A stretch of 64,000 nucleotides of DNA from contig JBFIML010000002.1 in the NCBI GenBank assembly GCA_041611735.1, positions 91,402 through 155,401 of the forward strand. Direction: 5' to 3'. Under the pieces are notes generated by a model. It made no database searches. It worked only from the letters and a program-made list of their open reading frames with translations, and had not been told where the DNA came from. Below are positions 1 to 10,313 of this stretch, in pieces. The position numbers and the translations under genes were made by a program. Positions within the stretch are counted from its first letter, which is position 1. Every line of letters begins with the position of its first letter. This DNA is from Myxococcota bacterium. GTDB lineage: Bacteria; Myxococcota_A; UBA9160; PR03.

Positions 1-456
1 CTGGAAGGCGGCCAGGGAGGAGACGTTGATGACGGACCCGTGGCCGCGCTCGACGAAGCCGTCCAGGGCTGCGCGGGTGAGCCGCAGCAGGGCGATCACG
101 TTCAGCCGGACCTCTTCCTCTTCGCGATCCGGGTCGAGCTCCGCAAAGCGCCCGAGCGTGCCGAACCCGGCGTTGTTCACCAGCAGGTCGAGGGTGCGTT
201 CGGAGGCGATGCGCTCCTCGACGCGGCGCAGGTCCTCGGTCCGCGTCAAGTCCGCGGCGAGCACCGTCACGTCGTGGCCATGGGCCTCGCGCAGCCGCTT
301 GGCCAGCGCCTCCAGCCGCTCGCGGTTGCGGGCCACCAGGACGAGGTCGTAGAGGTCCCGGGCCAGGCGCTCGGCGAAGGCCTGGCCCAGGCCCGCCGAG
401 GCGCCCGTCACGAGCGCCGTGCGGCGCGGGCCCGGATGTTCGTGGGCTGCCGACAT
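1..456 (-). CDS. Short-chain dehydrogenase/reductase (SDR), runs off the left window edge
   Basis: Manual translation MSAAHEHPGPRRTALVTGASAGLG...LLVNNAGFG...INVSSLAAF shows TGxxxGxG and NNAG motifs; GGAGG upstream of ATG at 456; absent from the ORF track because no stop lies in the window. Confidence 0.9.
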   Translation of the reverse strand, partial: MSAAHEHPGPRRTALVTGASAGLGQAFAERLARDLYDLVLVARNRERLEALAKRLREAHGHDVTVLAADLTRTEDLRRVEERIASERTLDLLVNNAGFGTLGRFAELDPDREEEEVRLNVIALLRLTRAALDGFVERGHGSVINVSSLAAFQ

Positions 457-531
457 GACGGAACCTCCCCGGGCCGACGACGTGGGACGCGCCGCGGCGT
501 CGAGAGAGCATGACACCCGGGCGGGGTTGCG

Positions 532-909
532 TCAGCTCTCCTCCACCAGCTCCAGCACCCGCTCCGGCGGGCGCCCCACCACGGCCCGCCGGCCCCGCAC
601 CAGGATCGGCCGTTCCATCAGGATGGGATGGCGGGCCATGGCCTCGAGCAGCGCGTCCGGCGGCGAATCGACCGAGAGGCCCGCCTCCCGGAAGGCCCCC
701 TCCCCCCGCCGCACCCAGTCTCCCGGCGGACGGCCCAGCCGCCGCCCGAGCTCCTGGAGCTCCGGCCGCGAGAGCGGCTCCTCCAGGTAGCGTCGCTCGG
801 CGAAACGCACGCCTCGCTCCTGCAGCACGGCCCGCGCCGCCCGGCTCTTGGAGCAGCGGGGATTGTGAAGCAGGACGAGCTCCTGCTCGGATCGGGGCAG
901 GCCGGGCAC
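532..909 (-). CDS. ArsC-family arsenate reductase / ArsC-Spx-like protein
   Basis: HNPRCSKSR and ILMERPI...VVGRPPE motifs; GTG start at 909 with GAGGA upstream (C-terminal part of ORF 532..1797). Confidence 0.85.
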   Translation of the reverse strand: MPGLPRSEQELVLLHNPRCSKSRAARAVLQERGVRFAERRYLEEPLSRPELQELGRRLGRPPGDWVRRGEGAFREAGLSVDSPPDALLEAMARHPILMERPILVRGRRAVVGRPPERVLELVEES

Positions 910-975
910 CGTGGAGTCCTCTTCACCTATGCTACCCGACACGAAGGCGGGCGCGGACGCCTGCCGGGGGCCTGC

Positions 976-1533
976 ATGAGCTTCCTGCTTCGCTACCTGG
1001 GACTCGGCGACGAGAGGGCCCGCGCGGGCTCCGGCTCCGGCGCCGAGACCGCGACCGTGCGGGCGATCGCGGCGCGCCTCGAGCGCCTGCCGCCGGAGAC
1101 GGCGCGGCACCTGGCCGCCTTCGCGTACGTGCTGGCGCGCGTGGCCCACGCGGACCTCCGGATCACCGAGGTGGAGACGCGCGCCATGGAGCGCATCGTG
1201 GCGGAGCGGGCCGGCCTGCCTCCCGAGGAGGCCGCGCTGGCGGTGGAGATCGCCAAGTCCCAGGCGCGTCTGCTGGGCGGCACCGAGAACTACGTGGTGA
1301 CCCGGGAGTTCCGCCGCATCTCCGAGCGGGCCGAGCGGGCCCGTCTGCTCGAGTGCCTGTACGCGGTGGCCGCCGCGGACGGGACGATCTCCGCGGCCGA
1401 GAGCCGCGAGATCGCCCAGGTCGCCGACGAGCTGGGCTTCACCCGGGCCGAGGTGAATGCGCTGCGGGCCGCGCACCGGGACCAGCTCTCGGAGCTTCGT
1501 GACCTGCCCGGGGGTCCCGACCCCCCCGCTTGA
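976..1533 (+). CDS. TerB-family (tellurite resistance / DjlA N-terminal-like) protein
   Basis: Two TerB-like motifs, VAHADLRITEVE and VAAADGTISAAE; ATG at 976. Confidence 0.8.
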   Translation: MSFLLRYLGLGDERARAGSGSGAETATVRAIAARLERLPPETARHLAAFAYVLARVAHADLRITEVETRAMERIVAERAGLPPEEAALAVEIAKSQARLLGGTENYVVTREFRRISERAERARLLECLYAVAAADGTISAAESREIAQVADELGFTRAEVNALRAAHRDQLSELRDLPGGPDPPA

Positions 1534-1651
1534 CGGAAGGGCGGAGCGCACGCAGATTCCGGCGGCGGATCTGCCGGTCCCGCTGCGCTCGGTCCGCCAG
1601 GAGCCGGGGCGGCGGCGAGACGGAGCGGCCGGGAGGGAGGAACCAGATTCC

Positions 1652-1876
1652 ATGGCAGCACGAACCAAGAAGCGGGCGAAGAAGGCGGCGCGCAAGGCGC
1701 GGGCGGCCTCCTCGGCGCGGCGCGGCGCGGCCCGGCCGCGTGCCCGCGCAGCCAAGAAGAACCCGGCGCGCGGCAAGAAGGCGACCCGGACGGACACGGC
1801 TCCCGAGCGGGCCGGCGTGGTCTACACCGACGTCCTGCACCAGATGCGTTCGCGGCTGCTGGGCCGCCTCCAGTGA
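1652..1876 (+). CDS. Small Lys/Arg/Ala-rich basic protein (histone H1-like composition)
   Basis: MAARTKKRAKKAARKARAASS...; strong GGGAGGGAGG RBS upstream. Confidence 0.65.
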   Translation: MAARTKKRAKKAARKARAASSARRGAARPRARAAKKNPARGKKATRTDTAPERAGVVYTDVLHQMRSRLLGRLQ

Positions 1877-1900
1877 GGACGGCGGCCCGCCGTGACCGGC

Positions 1901-2590
1901 TCAGCTGCGCACGAGCAGCAGGGTGTTCGGATCCAGGGAGACGTGCAGCTCGCTCACGTCGGGGTTGTCGTGGTCCTTCAGGGCGCGTAGGCCCACCACG
2001 CCCTCCCCGGGCTCGAGAGCGAGGATCACGCCGAACACGGACTCGAGATCCCGGAGCGCAGCGGGAAGCGTGCCGATCTGCTCCTCCGGAGCATGCGCGG
2101 AGACCCAGAGCTCCACGTCCGCTTCCTCGGCGATGCGCTTCCAGGCCGCCAGCTCATCTCGCGAGGCGCTCGCCACGTCGAAGCCCTCCACCACCACCAG
2201 CGCGGGCTTCCCGCCCGCCTCGGTCTCGAGCTGGATGGCCTCGCGCAGCCGCTTGGCGTCGAACGCGGTGGGGGGGTAGGCGCGGATGCGGCGCAGGCGA
2301 TCCACCTGCGCATGCACTCGTGCCAGGTTCTCCAGGTGCGTGCTCGACGCGAGGTCGTCGAAGACGGTGTCGTAGTAGGCGCGCACGTGGGACACGGTGT
2401 GGTCCAGGCTCACGTGCAGCACGGTCTGGCCCCGCAGCAGGTCGTCGAGTGCGAGCCCGATCAGGAACGAGGTCTTCCCCACGCCGGGCCCCGCCAGCAC
2501 CAGCCCGAGGTTGCCACGCCCGAGGCCGCCGTGGAGTCCCTTCTCCAGCAGCCGCAGCGGACTGCGGGCGTTCAGGAAGCGGCTGTCCAT
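1901..2590 (-). CDS. RecA/KaiC/DnaB-like P-loop ATPase domain protein
   Basis: GGLGRGNLGLVLAGPGVGKTS Walker A; LVVVEG Walker-B-like strand; lies 22 bp downstream of fusA. Confidence 0.75.
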   Translation of the reverse strand: MDSRFLNARSPLRLLEKGLHGGLGRGNLGLVLAGPGVGKTSFLIGLALDDLLRGQTVLHVSLDHTVSHVRAYYDTVFDDLASSTHLENLARVHAQVDRLRRIRAYPPTAFDAKRLREAIQLETEAGGKPALVVVEGFDVASASRDELAAWKRIAEEADVELWVSAHAPEEQIGTLPAALRDLESVFGVILALEPGEGVVGLRALKDHDNPDVSELHVSLDPNTLLLVRS

Positions 2591-2612
2591 CGGGGGCCTC
2601 CGGGCTGCGGAC

Positions 2613-4709
<2,097 letters not shown>

Positions 4710-4774
4710 GATGGCGAGGCAAGGTAGCGGCCGCCCCGGGCAGACGCGAGCCCCGAGGGGCGCTGGCGCGGCGC

Positions 4775-4957
4775 TCAGGCGGCGAGGATCTCGTCGATCC
4801 CCTCCAGGATGCGGGCGAGCTCCTGGAAGCCCGCCATGACCTGGCGCGCGCGGCCCGGATGGCCGGCGCGTACGAGCCGTGCGCGCTCGCGCTCCAGCTC
4901 CTCGAGGCGCCCCACCACCAGTCGGCGGATGCGGCGCAGACGGTCTCGGTCCGTCAC
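4775..4957 (-). CDS. Small hypothetical helical protein (~60 aa)
   Basis: GTG start, high GC3 codons, amphipathic helical sequence ending [15 protein letters not shown]. Confidence 0.5.
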   Translation of the reverse strand: MTDRDRLRRIRRLVVGRLEELERERARLVRAGHPGRARQVMAGFQELARILEGIDEILAA

Positions 4958-5092
4958 CCTTTCGGCTCCGGGGGGATGACCCCCCCGTCTCGGCCGCCGG
5001 AGCGCTTCGATTGAGTGGCAACATTGGCGAGGCAACGGAAACCAGGCAGAAGCTGGAGCCCGGCCGGACGGCGGGCCCGGCCGGTGCGGGTT

Positions 5093-6022
5093 CTATGCGA
5101 AGCGGTCCCCGGGCGAAAGCCCGGCCTCGGACGCGGGGATCTTCGGGCCCTGGCCCCGGCGCACCTTGCCTACGGTCAGGAGCCCGCCCCGCGCCGCGAT
5201 TTGCAGTCGTCCCTCCTCGATGCCCAGCACCGTCCCCGGAGGCTCGGGGGTCTCGGAAGCAATCCGGCGGGCGTCGAACAGGCGCACCCGCTCGCCCTTC
5301 CACTCGGCATGGGCACCGGGCTGGGGGTCGCAGCCGCGGATCCAACGGTCCAGCTCCAGGGCCGGCCGCGACCAGTCCAGGCGCGCCACCGCGTCGGTCA
5401 CCAGGCCCTGGGTGGTGGCCCGGGACTCGTCCTGGCGGAGGAAGCGCGCGCTGCCGCGGGTGACCGCCTCGACCGCCTCGAGCATGGCCTCGAGGCCCAG
5501 CGGGTAGAGCTTCTGGAAGTAGAGTGTGGCGGCCGTGTCGGTGGGCTCGATGGCCACCCCGCCGCGCTGAACCACGATGGGCCCGCTGTCCACGCCGGCG
5601 TCCGGGCGGAAGATGGTGACCCCCGTCTCGTGCTCGCCCAGCATGATCTGCCAGGGGATGGCCGCGCCGCCCCGGTAGCGCGGAAGCAGCGAGGGATGGA
5701 AGCAGAGGGATCCGAGCCGGGGAGCCTCCACGATCTCCGGGGGCAGGATCACGGTCGTGAACGGCATCACGTTGAGGTCCGCGGCCGCCACCAGGAACTC
5801 CTCCACGCGCTCGGGAATGGCGGCCCCGCGGTGCCGATAGCTCCGATGTCGGTACAGGGGCAGGCGGCGGGCGGCGGCCTCCTCGGCCAGCGGGTCGGGT
5901 CGGCCGCGGTCGGGCGGGACGTGCACGGCCACCACCTCGTGACCGGCCTCGACGAGCCCCAGCAGCACCTCGCGGCCGAAGGCCGCCTGGCCGAAGATCG
6001 CGATGCGCTTCGCCGCCCCCAC
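5093..6022 (-). CDS. Formyltransferase-family protein (Fmt / 10-formyl-THF hydrolase-like), not the canonical fmt
   Basis: [22 protein letters not shown] and DAGVDSGPI motifs plus an Fmt C-terminal domain; GTG at 6022. Confidence 0.85.
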   Translation of the reverse strand: MGAAKRIAIFGQAAFGREVLLGLVEAGHEVVAVHVPPDRGRPDPLAEEAAARRLPLYRHRSYRHRGAAIPERVEEFLVAAADLNVMPFTTVILPPEIVEAPRLGSLCFHPSLLPRYRGGAAIPWQIMLGEHETGVTIFRPDAGVDSGPIVVQRGGVAIEPTDTAATLYFQKLYPLGLEAMLEAVEAVTRGSARFLRQDESRATTQGLVTDAVARLDWSRPALELDRWIRGCDPQPGAHAEWKGERVRLFDARRIASETPEPPGTVLGIEEGRLQIAARGGLLTVGKVRRGQGPKIPASEAGLSPGDRFA

Positions 6023-6038
6023 GAGAACCCAGGGTAGC

Positions 6039-6662
6039 TCAGCGTGCCGTCGAGCGATCCCCGACCTGGCCTCGCACGCTGGCGGGGCTGCCGAAGGCGA
6101 GGCTGTGGGGCGGCAGGTCGCGCGTGACCAGGGAGCGGGTTCCCACCACCGAGTGCTCGCCCACCGTGACTCCGCGCAGCACCGTGACGTCCGCCGCGAT
6201 CCAGGCGTGGTCGCCGATGGAAACCGCCCCCACCCGTTCGGGGGTGTCCGCATCGAAGTCGTGCTGGTCGGCGTCGAACACGCGGCAGCCGGGCCCCAGG
6301 AAGGCGCGGCGCCCCAGGGTGACGGCCTGCTTGGCGCTCACGTGGCAGCCGTTCAGGAACGCCTCGCGCCCGACATGCAGGCGCGCACCCTCGAAGACGG
6401 CGAGCACCAGGGGCCCGAGATCCGTGCGCAACCAGCAGCCCGCCTCGATCTCGATGTGGGCCCCCGCCGCCGCCAGGATCCGCAGGGCCCCGGCGCGGCG
6501 CTCGGTGACCACGTCCGGCCCGATCCGCACCCGCGCCCCCGGTCCGAGCTCGAAGTGGGCCCAGGCGAGGTTGCTGCTGGCGCGCGGGTGGATCTCGAGG
6601 CCCGGGTGGCGGCGCATGACGCGCCCCAGCCGCCACCGGTCCAGGCGCTGGATCGCGCGCAA
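6039..6662 (-). CDS. Hexapeptide-repeat (left-handed beta-helix) acyltransferase
   Basis: DADQHD...VSIGDHAWIAADVTVLRGVTVGEHSVVGTRSLVTRDLP...GSPA; start uncertain (TTG 6662 or ATG 6617). Confidence 0.85.
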   Translation of the reverse strand: MRAIQRLDRWRLGRVMRRHPGLEIHPRASSNLAWAHFELGPGARVRIGPDVVTERRAGALRILAAAGAHIEIEAGCWLRTDLGPLVLAVFEGARLHVGREAFLNGCHVSAKQAVTLGRRAFLGPGCRVFDADQHDFDADTPERVGAVSIGDHAWIAADVTVLRGVTVGEHSVVGTRSLVTRDLPPHSLAFGSPASVRGQVGDRSTAR

Positions 6663-6694
6663 GGCCAGGACCGCGGCGCGGGAGGGGGCCGCGG

Positions 6695-6943
6695 CTAGCT
6701 GCTCCGGCCCGGCGGAGACTGCCCCTCGCGCAAGCGGAAGGTGATGAAGCCGTGGGTCGGGTCGTAGGGAGAGAGCCCGACCTGCACGCGGTCGCCTGGA
6801 ATCACCCGGATGCGGAAGCGACGCATGCGCCCGGAGAGCTGGGCGGTCACGGTCTGGCCCGACTCGAGCTTGATCTGGTAGCGGCCGCCGCCCAGGATCT
6901 TCTCCACCGTGCCCGTCGCCTGGATCAGGTCGTCTCTCGCCAC
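6695..6943 (-). CDS. infA: Translation initiation factor IF-1
   Basis: ARDDLIQATGTV...AQLSGRMRRFRIRVIPGDRVQVGLSPYDPTHGFITFR; GTG start with GGGGAG RBS. Confidence 0.95.
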   Translation of the reverse strand: MARDDLIQATGTVEKILGGGRYQIKLESGQTVTAQLSGRMRRFRIRVIPGDRVQVGLSPYDPTHGFITFRLREGQSPPGRSS

Positions 6944-7109
6944 GCACTCCCCGTATCGTCCGCGCTGCCGAACCTCGTCCGCGCTGCCGACCACGCCGGC
7001 GCGTCCAGACGCGGGGATTGGTAGCACTTAGGCGTGGACGCGCGCGAGGCGCGACGCGTCCTGCACGGGATCCCGCCGGCCACGCGGGTGCTAGGCTGTT
7101 GCGCCCCGG

Positions 7110-7202
<93 letters not shown>

Positions 7203-7256
7203 CCCGTCTCCTCGACCGCGATGCCGTCCGCGCTTCGGCCCCGGGGGGCGAACGGG

Positions 7257-10200
7257 TCAGGAAGTACCCTGCGGCCCCTCCCGCGCGGAGAGCCGGGCCT
7301 CCACGCTGCGGATGCGGGAAGCGAGGACCCGGAAGATCTCGAAGGCGATGTCGGGCATCTCGTGCACCAGCTCGCGCAGGCGTTCGCCGTCCAGGGAGAG
7401 CAGCCGGGTGGGCGTCGTGGCCACCACCGTGGCGCTGCGCACGGCACTGTCGAGAACGGCCATCTCTCCGAAGTAGCCGCCCGGACCGAGGGTGTTGAGC
7501 TTCACCCCCTGCGGGGTTCCGTGCTCCTTGTACACGGTCACCTGGCCCTCCTCGATCAGGAAGAGCTCCTTGCCGGGCGTCCCCTCCGCGACGATCACCT
7601 CCCCCGGAACGAATTCGAGCTCCCGGGTCATGCCCTCGATGGCTTCGAGCTGCTCGAGGGTGAGGCCGGAGAAGAGTCCGACCCGGCGCAGGAAGAGCAG
7701 GCGTTCCATGGCGTTCCCTCCGGTGCCCGCCGCCGCGTCGACGGCCATGCGGATCCAACGCGAGGAGACCTTCCGGCTCCTCTCGATCACCTCGTCCATC
7801 CCGTGCGGCAGACCGCCGGGGAGCGACGGCAGGCTGCGCAGGCGCTCCTCCAGGGAGGAGCGCTCCAGGAGCACCGCCAGCCGCTGCGAGGCCGGAGCGT
7901 CGCCCAGGTCGGCGAGCACCTCGAGGGCGTCGGCGCGACCGCGCGCGGTGGCGAAACGCAACGTGCGCTCCACGCTTCGCACCACCGCCGGGTCCTCGAG
8001 GAGCGCCAGGATGGTGAAGGCCAGGCGGATCTCCCGGCCCAGCCGGTCACCCTGGGCGAGGCGCAGCAGGGCCACGGGTCCCTCTTCCTCCAGGGGCAGC
8101 GCATGCAGGCAGAGCTGGGCATCCCAGGCCGCATCCACGCGGCGCCGCTGCTCTGCCCGCAGCTGCTCCCGGACCTGACGCGTCCCGAGCATGCCGAGAA
8201 CGCGCAGGGCGGAGCGCACCGTCGGCTCGGAGTCCGCATCGAGCTGCCCGCGCGCCGCGGCGAGGCCCGCCTCTCCGCGTGCCGCCAGGGCGGTCACGGC
8301 CGCCCGTCGGACCTCGCGGGCCGGATCGCCCAGGGCGCTGGCCAGGTCCGCGTCGGCGACCGCCTCCGGGCGTCGGGCCAGGCACGCGACCGCGGCTCGC
8401 CGCACGCGCGGGCTGTCATGGCCGAGCTCCCCCACCAGGCGGGTGAGCGGCACCGCCGGCGGCTCCCGCAGGCGGGCCAGGCACTCGAGCGCCGCGGCGC
8501 GCACCTCCGGGTGCGCGTCGCCCAGGCGCCGGGCCGCCTCCGCCCCCAGCTCCTCGGGCAGGCGCTCGAGCGCCGCGGTCACCTCGCGCGGATCACTGCT
8601 GACGACCAGGGCGGCCAGCACGTCGCGTCCCTCCGTGCCGAGCCGGCTCGCGGCCGCGGCGCGCACCTGGGGATCGGCGTCGTCGAGCCGCTCGCGCAGC
8701 AGCGACTCCAGGGCCCCCCGCAAGGACTCCGGGAAGCTCTCCAGGGCTGCGAGCCGTACCGTCGGGTCCCGGTCGCGCAGGGCCGGCTCCCAGAGGGCGG
8801 GATCACCCCCCGCCTCGGTGGCGGCCAGCGCCTCGAGGGAGGCCCGGCGCACGGCCGGATGGGAGTGTCCCAGGGCTCCGCGCAGCGGCTCGAGAAAGCC
8901 GCGGGCCGCCAGCAACGGAGCCAGGTCGAGCAGGGCCGGCGATGGACGAGTGGTCACCTCGCGCAGCAGGTGCCCCCAGATGCGGGCGAGCTCCGACAGC
9001 TCGCGCCGACCCAGCTCGCCCCCGAGTTCGCCCAGATCGAGGCGACGCGCCCGCAGCTCCTCCACCAGCGCCCGGCGGTACTCGGCGCGCACCCGCAGGT
9101 TGGCGAGCAGGTACGCCAGGGCGAGGCCGCCCCCGGCCAGAGCGAGCCCGGAGGGCGGCAGGTCGCCGGTGACCAGCAGGATGGCTCCCGCCACGAACAT
9201 GCCGGCATACACCACGACCCCTTCCAGGAAGGCGCGACTGCGGGCCCGGAAGCGCAGCGGCAGGGCGTTGTAGACCAGCTGACGTACGGGACCGGCCAGG
9301 GCGTTCTCCAACATCTCCCGGTTCATGCGCGCAGCGAGGGCCGCCGGCAGGCGGAAGCTGGCCGCCAGGAGCAGGAAGCTCGCCACGGTCAGCACGGGGT
9401 GCATCAGGTTGGCGCGGGCCACGCCGGCGCGCTGGATCAGCCAGGGAACGAGGCCGAGCGCGATCACCACCTCGAACACGTTCGTGACGGCCAGGAAGAG
9501 GCCGAGGAAGGCGGCCAGCTCGGTCTCGTCGGGGAACTCCCGGGCCAGTACGTCGGAGTAGAGGTACTGGGCCACGAAGAGCGCCAGCACCATGGCGAGG
9601 GCCGAGGCCACCAGCCAGCGTCCGAGCGGGCTGCGCCGCAGGAAGCGGGTGGCCGCCCGCAGGCTCTCGACGGAGGTCTCGTCTTCCTCCTCGAACTCGA
9701 GTGCACCCCAGCGTCGCAGCGGACGTCGCGCGCTGCGCACCAGCACGGCCGCGACGGCCAGCGCGAGCGCCCACACCCAGAGGAGTGCCGGAGTCGACTC
9801 CCGCCCGAGCGCCACGGCGAGGCCACCGCCCACGGCCCCCCCCAGGCTCATGCCCACGCCGAGCAGGGGCGCCACGCGCTTGGCGGCGAGGGTGTCGAAG
9901 AGGTCTCCGGCCAGGGTCCAGAAGTGGTTGACGAGCACCGCCTGGGCCGCGAAGAAGAGACACAGGAGCGCCGGCAGGGCCGCCACGGAGCCGGCCGTGA
10001 CGGCAAGGGCCGCTCCACCCACGGCGAGGGCGCTCACGCTCAGCAGCTCCACGAAGACCCGGTCGTTGCGCGCCCGCCCGACGCGGAAGGCGTAGGCGAG
10101 GGTGGCGAAGACCGTGGCGGCCGCGGCGACCACGAAGGTGGCAGGCAGGCGGGCCGCCCCGAGCCGCGCCAGGAAGAGCGCTTCGGCGCCCGCGAGGCCC

Positions 10201-10313
10201 ACCGTCTGGGCCAGGGTGATCAGGGCCCCGAGGGCGACGAAGAAGCCCACGCGCCCCTGCTCGCCGCGCCGCAGGGCCGGCAGGATCCGGGGCCGGGAGG
10301 GGGCGCGGCTCAT
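7257..10313 (-). CDS. MFS/Npt1-like membrane domain + HEAT repeats + C-terminal cyclic-nucleotide-binding domain (~1018 aa)
   Basis: N-terminal multi-TM region (HFWTLAGDLFDTLAAKRVAP), repeated D-x-x-P-x-VR-x-AA HEAT motifs, FGEMAVLDSAVRSATV cNMP cassette; ATGA overlap with the upstream gene. Confidence 0.85.
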   Translation of the reverse strand: MSRAPSRPRILPALRRGEQGRVGFFVALGALITLAQTVGLAGAEALFLARLGAARLPATFVVAAAATVFATLAYAFRVGRARNDRVFVELLSVSALAVGGAALAVTAGSVAALPALLCLFFAAQAVLVNHFWTLAGDLFDTLAAKRVAPLLGVGMSLGGAVGGGLAVALGRESTPALLWVWALALAVAAVLVRSARRPLRRWGALEFEEEDETSVESLRAATRFLRRSPLGRWLVASALAMVLALFVAQYLYSDVLAREFPDETELAAFLGLFLAVTNVFEVVIALGLVPWLIQRAGVARANLMHPVLTVASFLLLAASFRLPAALAARMNREMLENALAGPVRQLVYNALPLRFRARSRAFLEGVVVYAGMFVAGAILLVTGDLPPSGLALAGGGLALAYLLANLRVRAEYRRALVEELRARRLDLGELGGELGRRELSELARIWGHLLREVTTRPSPALLDLAPLLAARGFLEPLRGALGHSHPAVRRASLEALAATEAGGDPALWEPALRDRDPTVRLAALESFPESLRGALESLLRERLDDADPQVRAAAASRLGTEGRDVLAALVVSSDPREVTAALERLPEELGAEAARRLGDAHPEVRAAALECLARLREPPAVPLTRLVGELGHDSPRVRRAAVACLARRPEAVADADLASALGDPAREVRRAAVTALAARGEAGLAAARGQLDADSEPTVRSALRVLGMLGTRQVREQLRAEQRRRVDAAWDAQLCLHALPLEEEGPVALLRLAQGDRLGREIRLAFTILALLEDPAVVRSVERTLRFATARGRADALEVLADLGDAPASQRLAVLLERSSLEERLRSLPSLPGGLPHGMDEVIERSRKVSSRWIRMAVDAAAGTGGNAMERLLFLRRVGLFSGLTLEQLEAIEGMTRELEFVPGEVIVAEGTPGKELFLIEEGQVTVYKEHGTPQGVKLNTLGPGGYFGEMAVLDSAVRSATVVATTPTRLLSLDGERLRELVHEMPDIAFEIFRVLASRIRSVEARLSAREGPQGTS

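Noticed and set aside
4958-5092. Short GGGGG/CCCCC hairpin and TGGCA-containing motifs resembling a sigma54 promoter
   Set aside because: The GG-N10-GC spacing is not satisfied convincingly, and short GC hairpins are expected by chance
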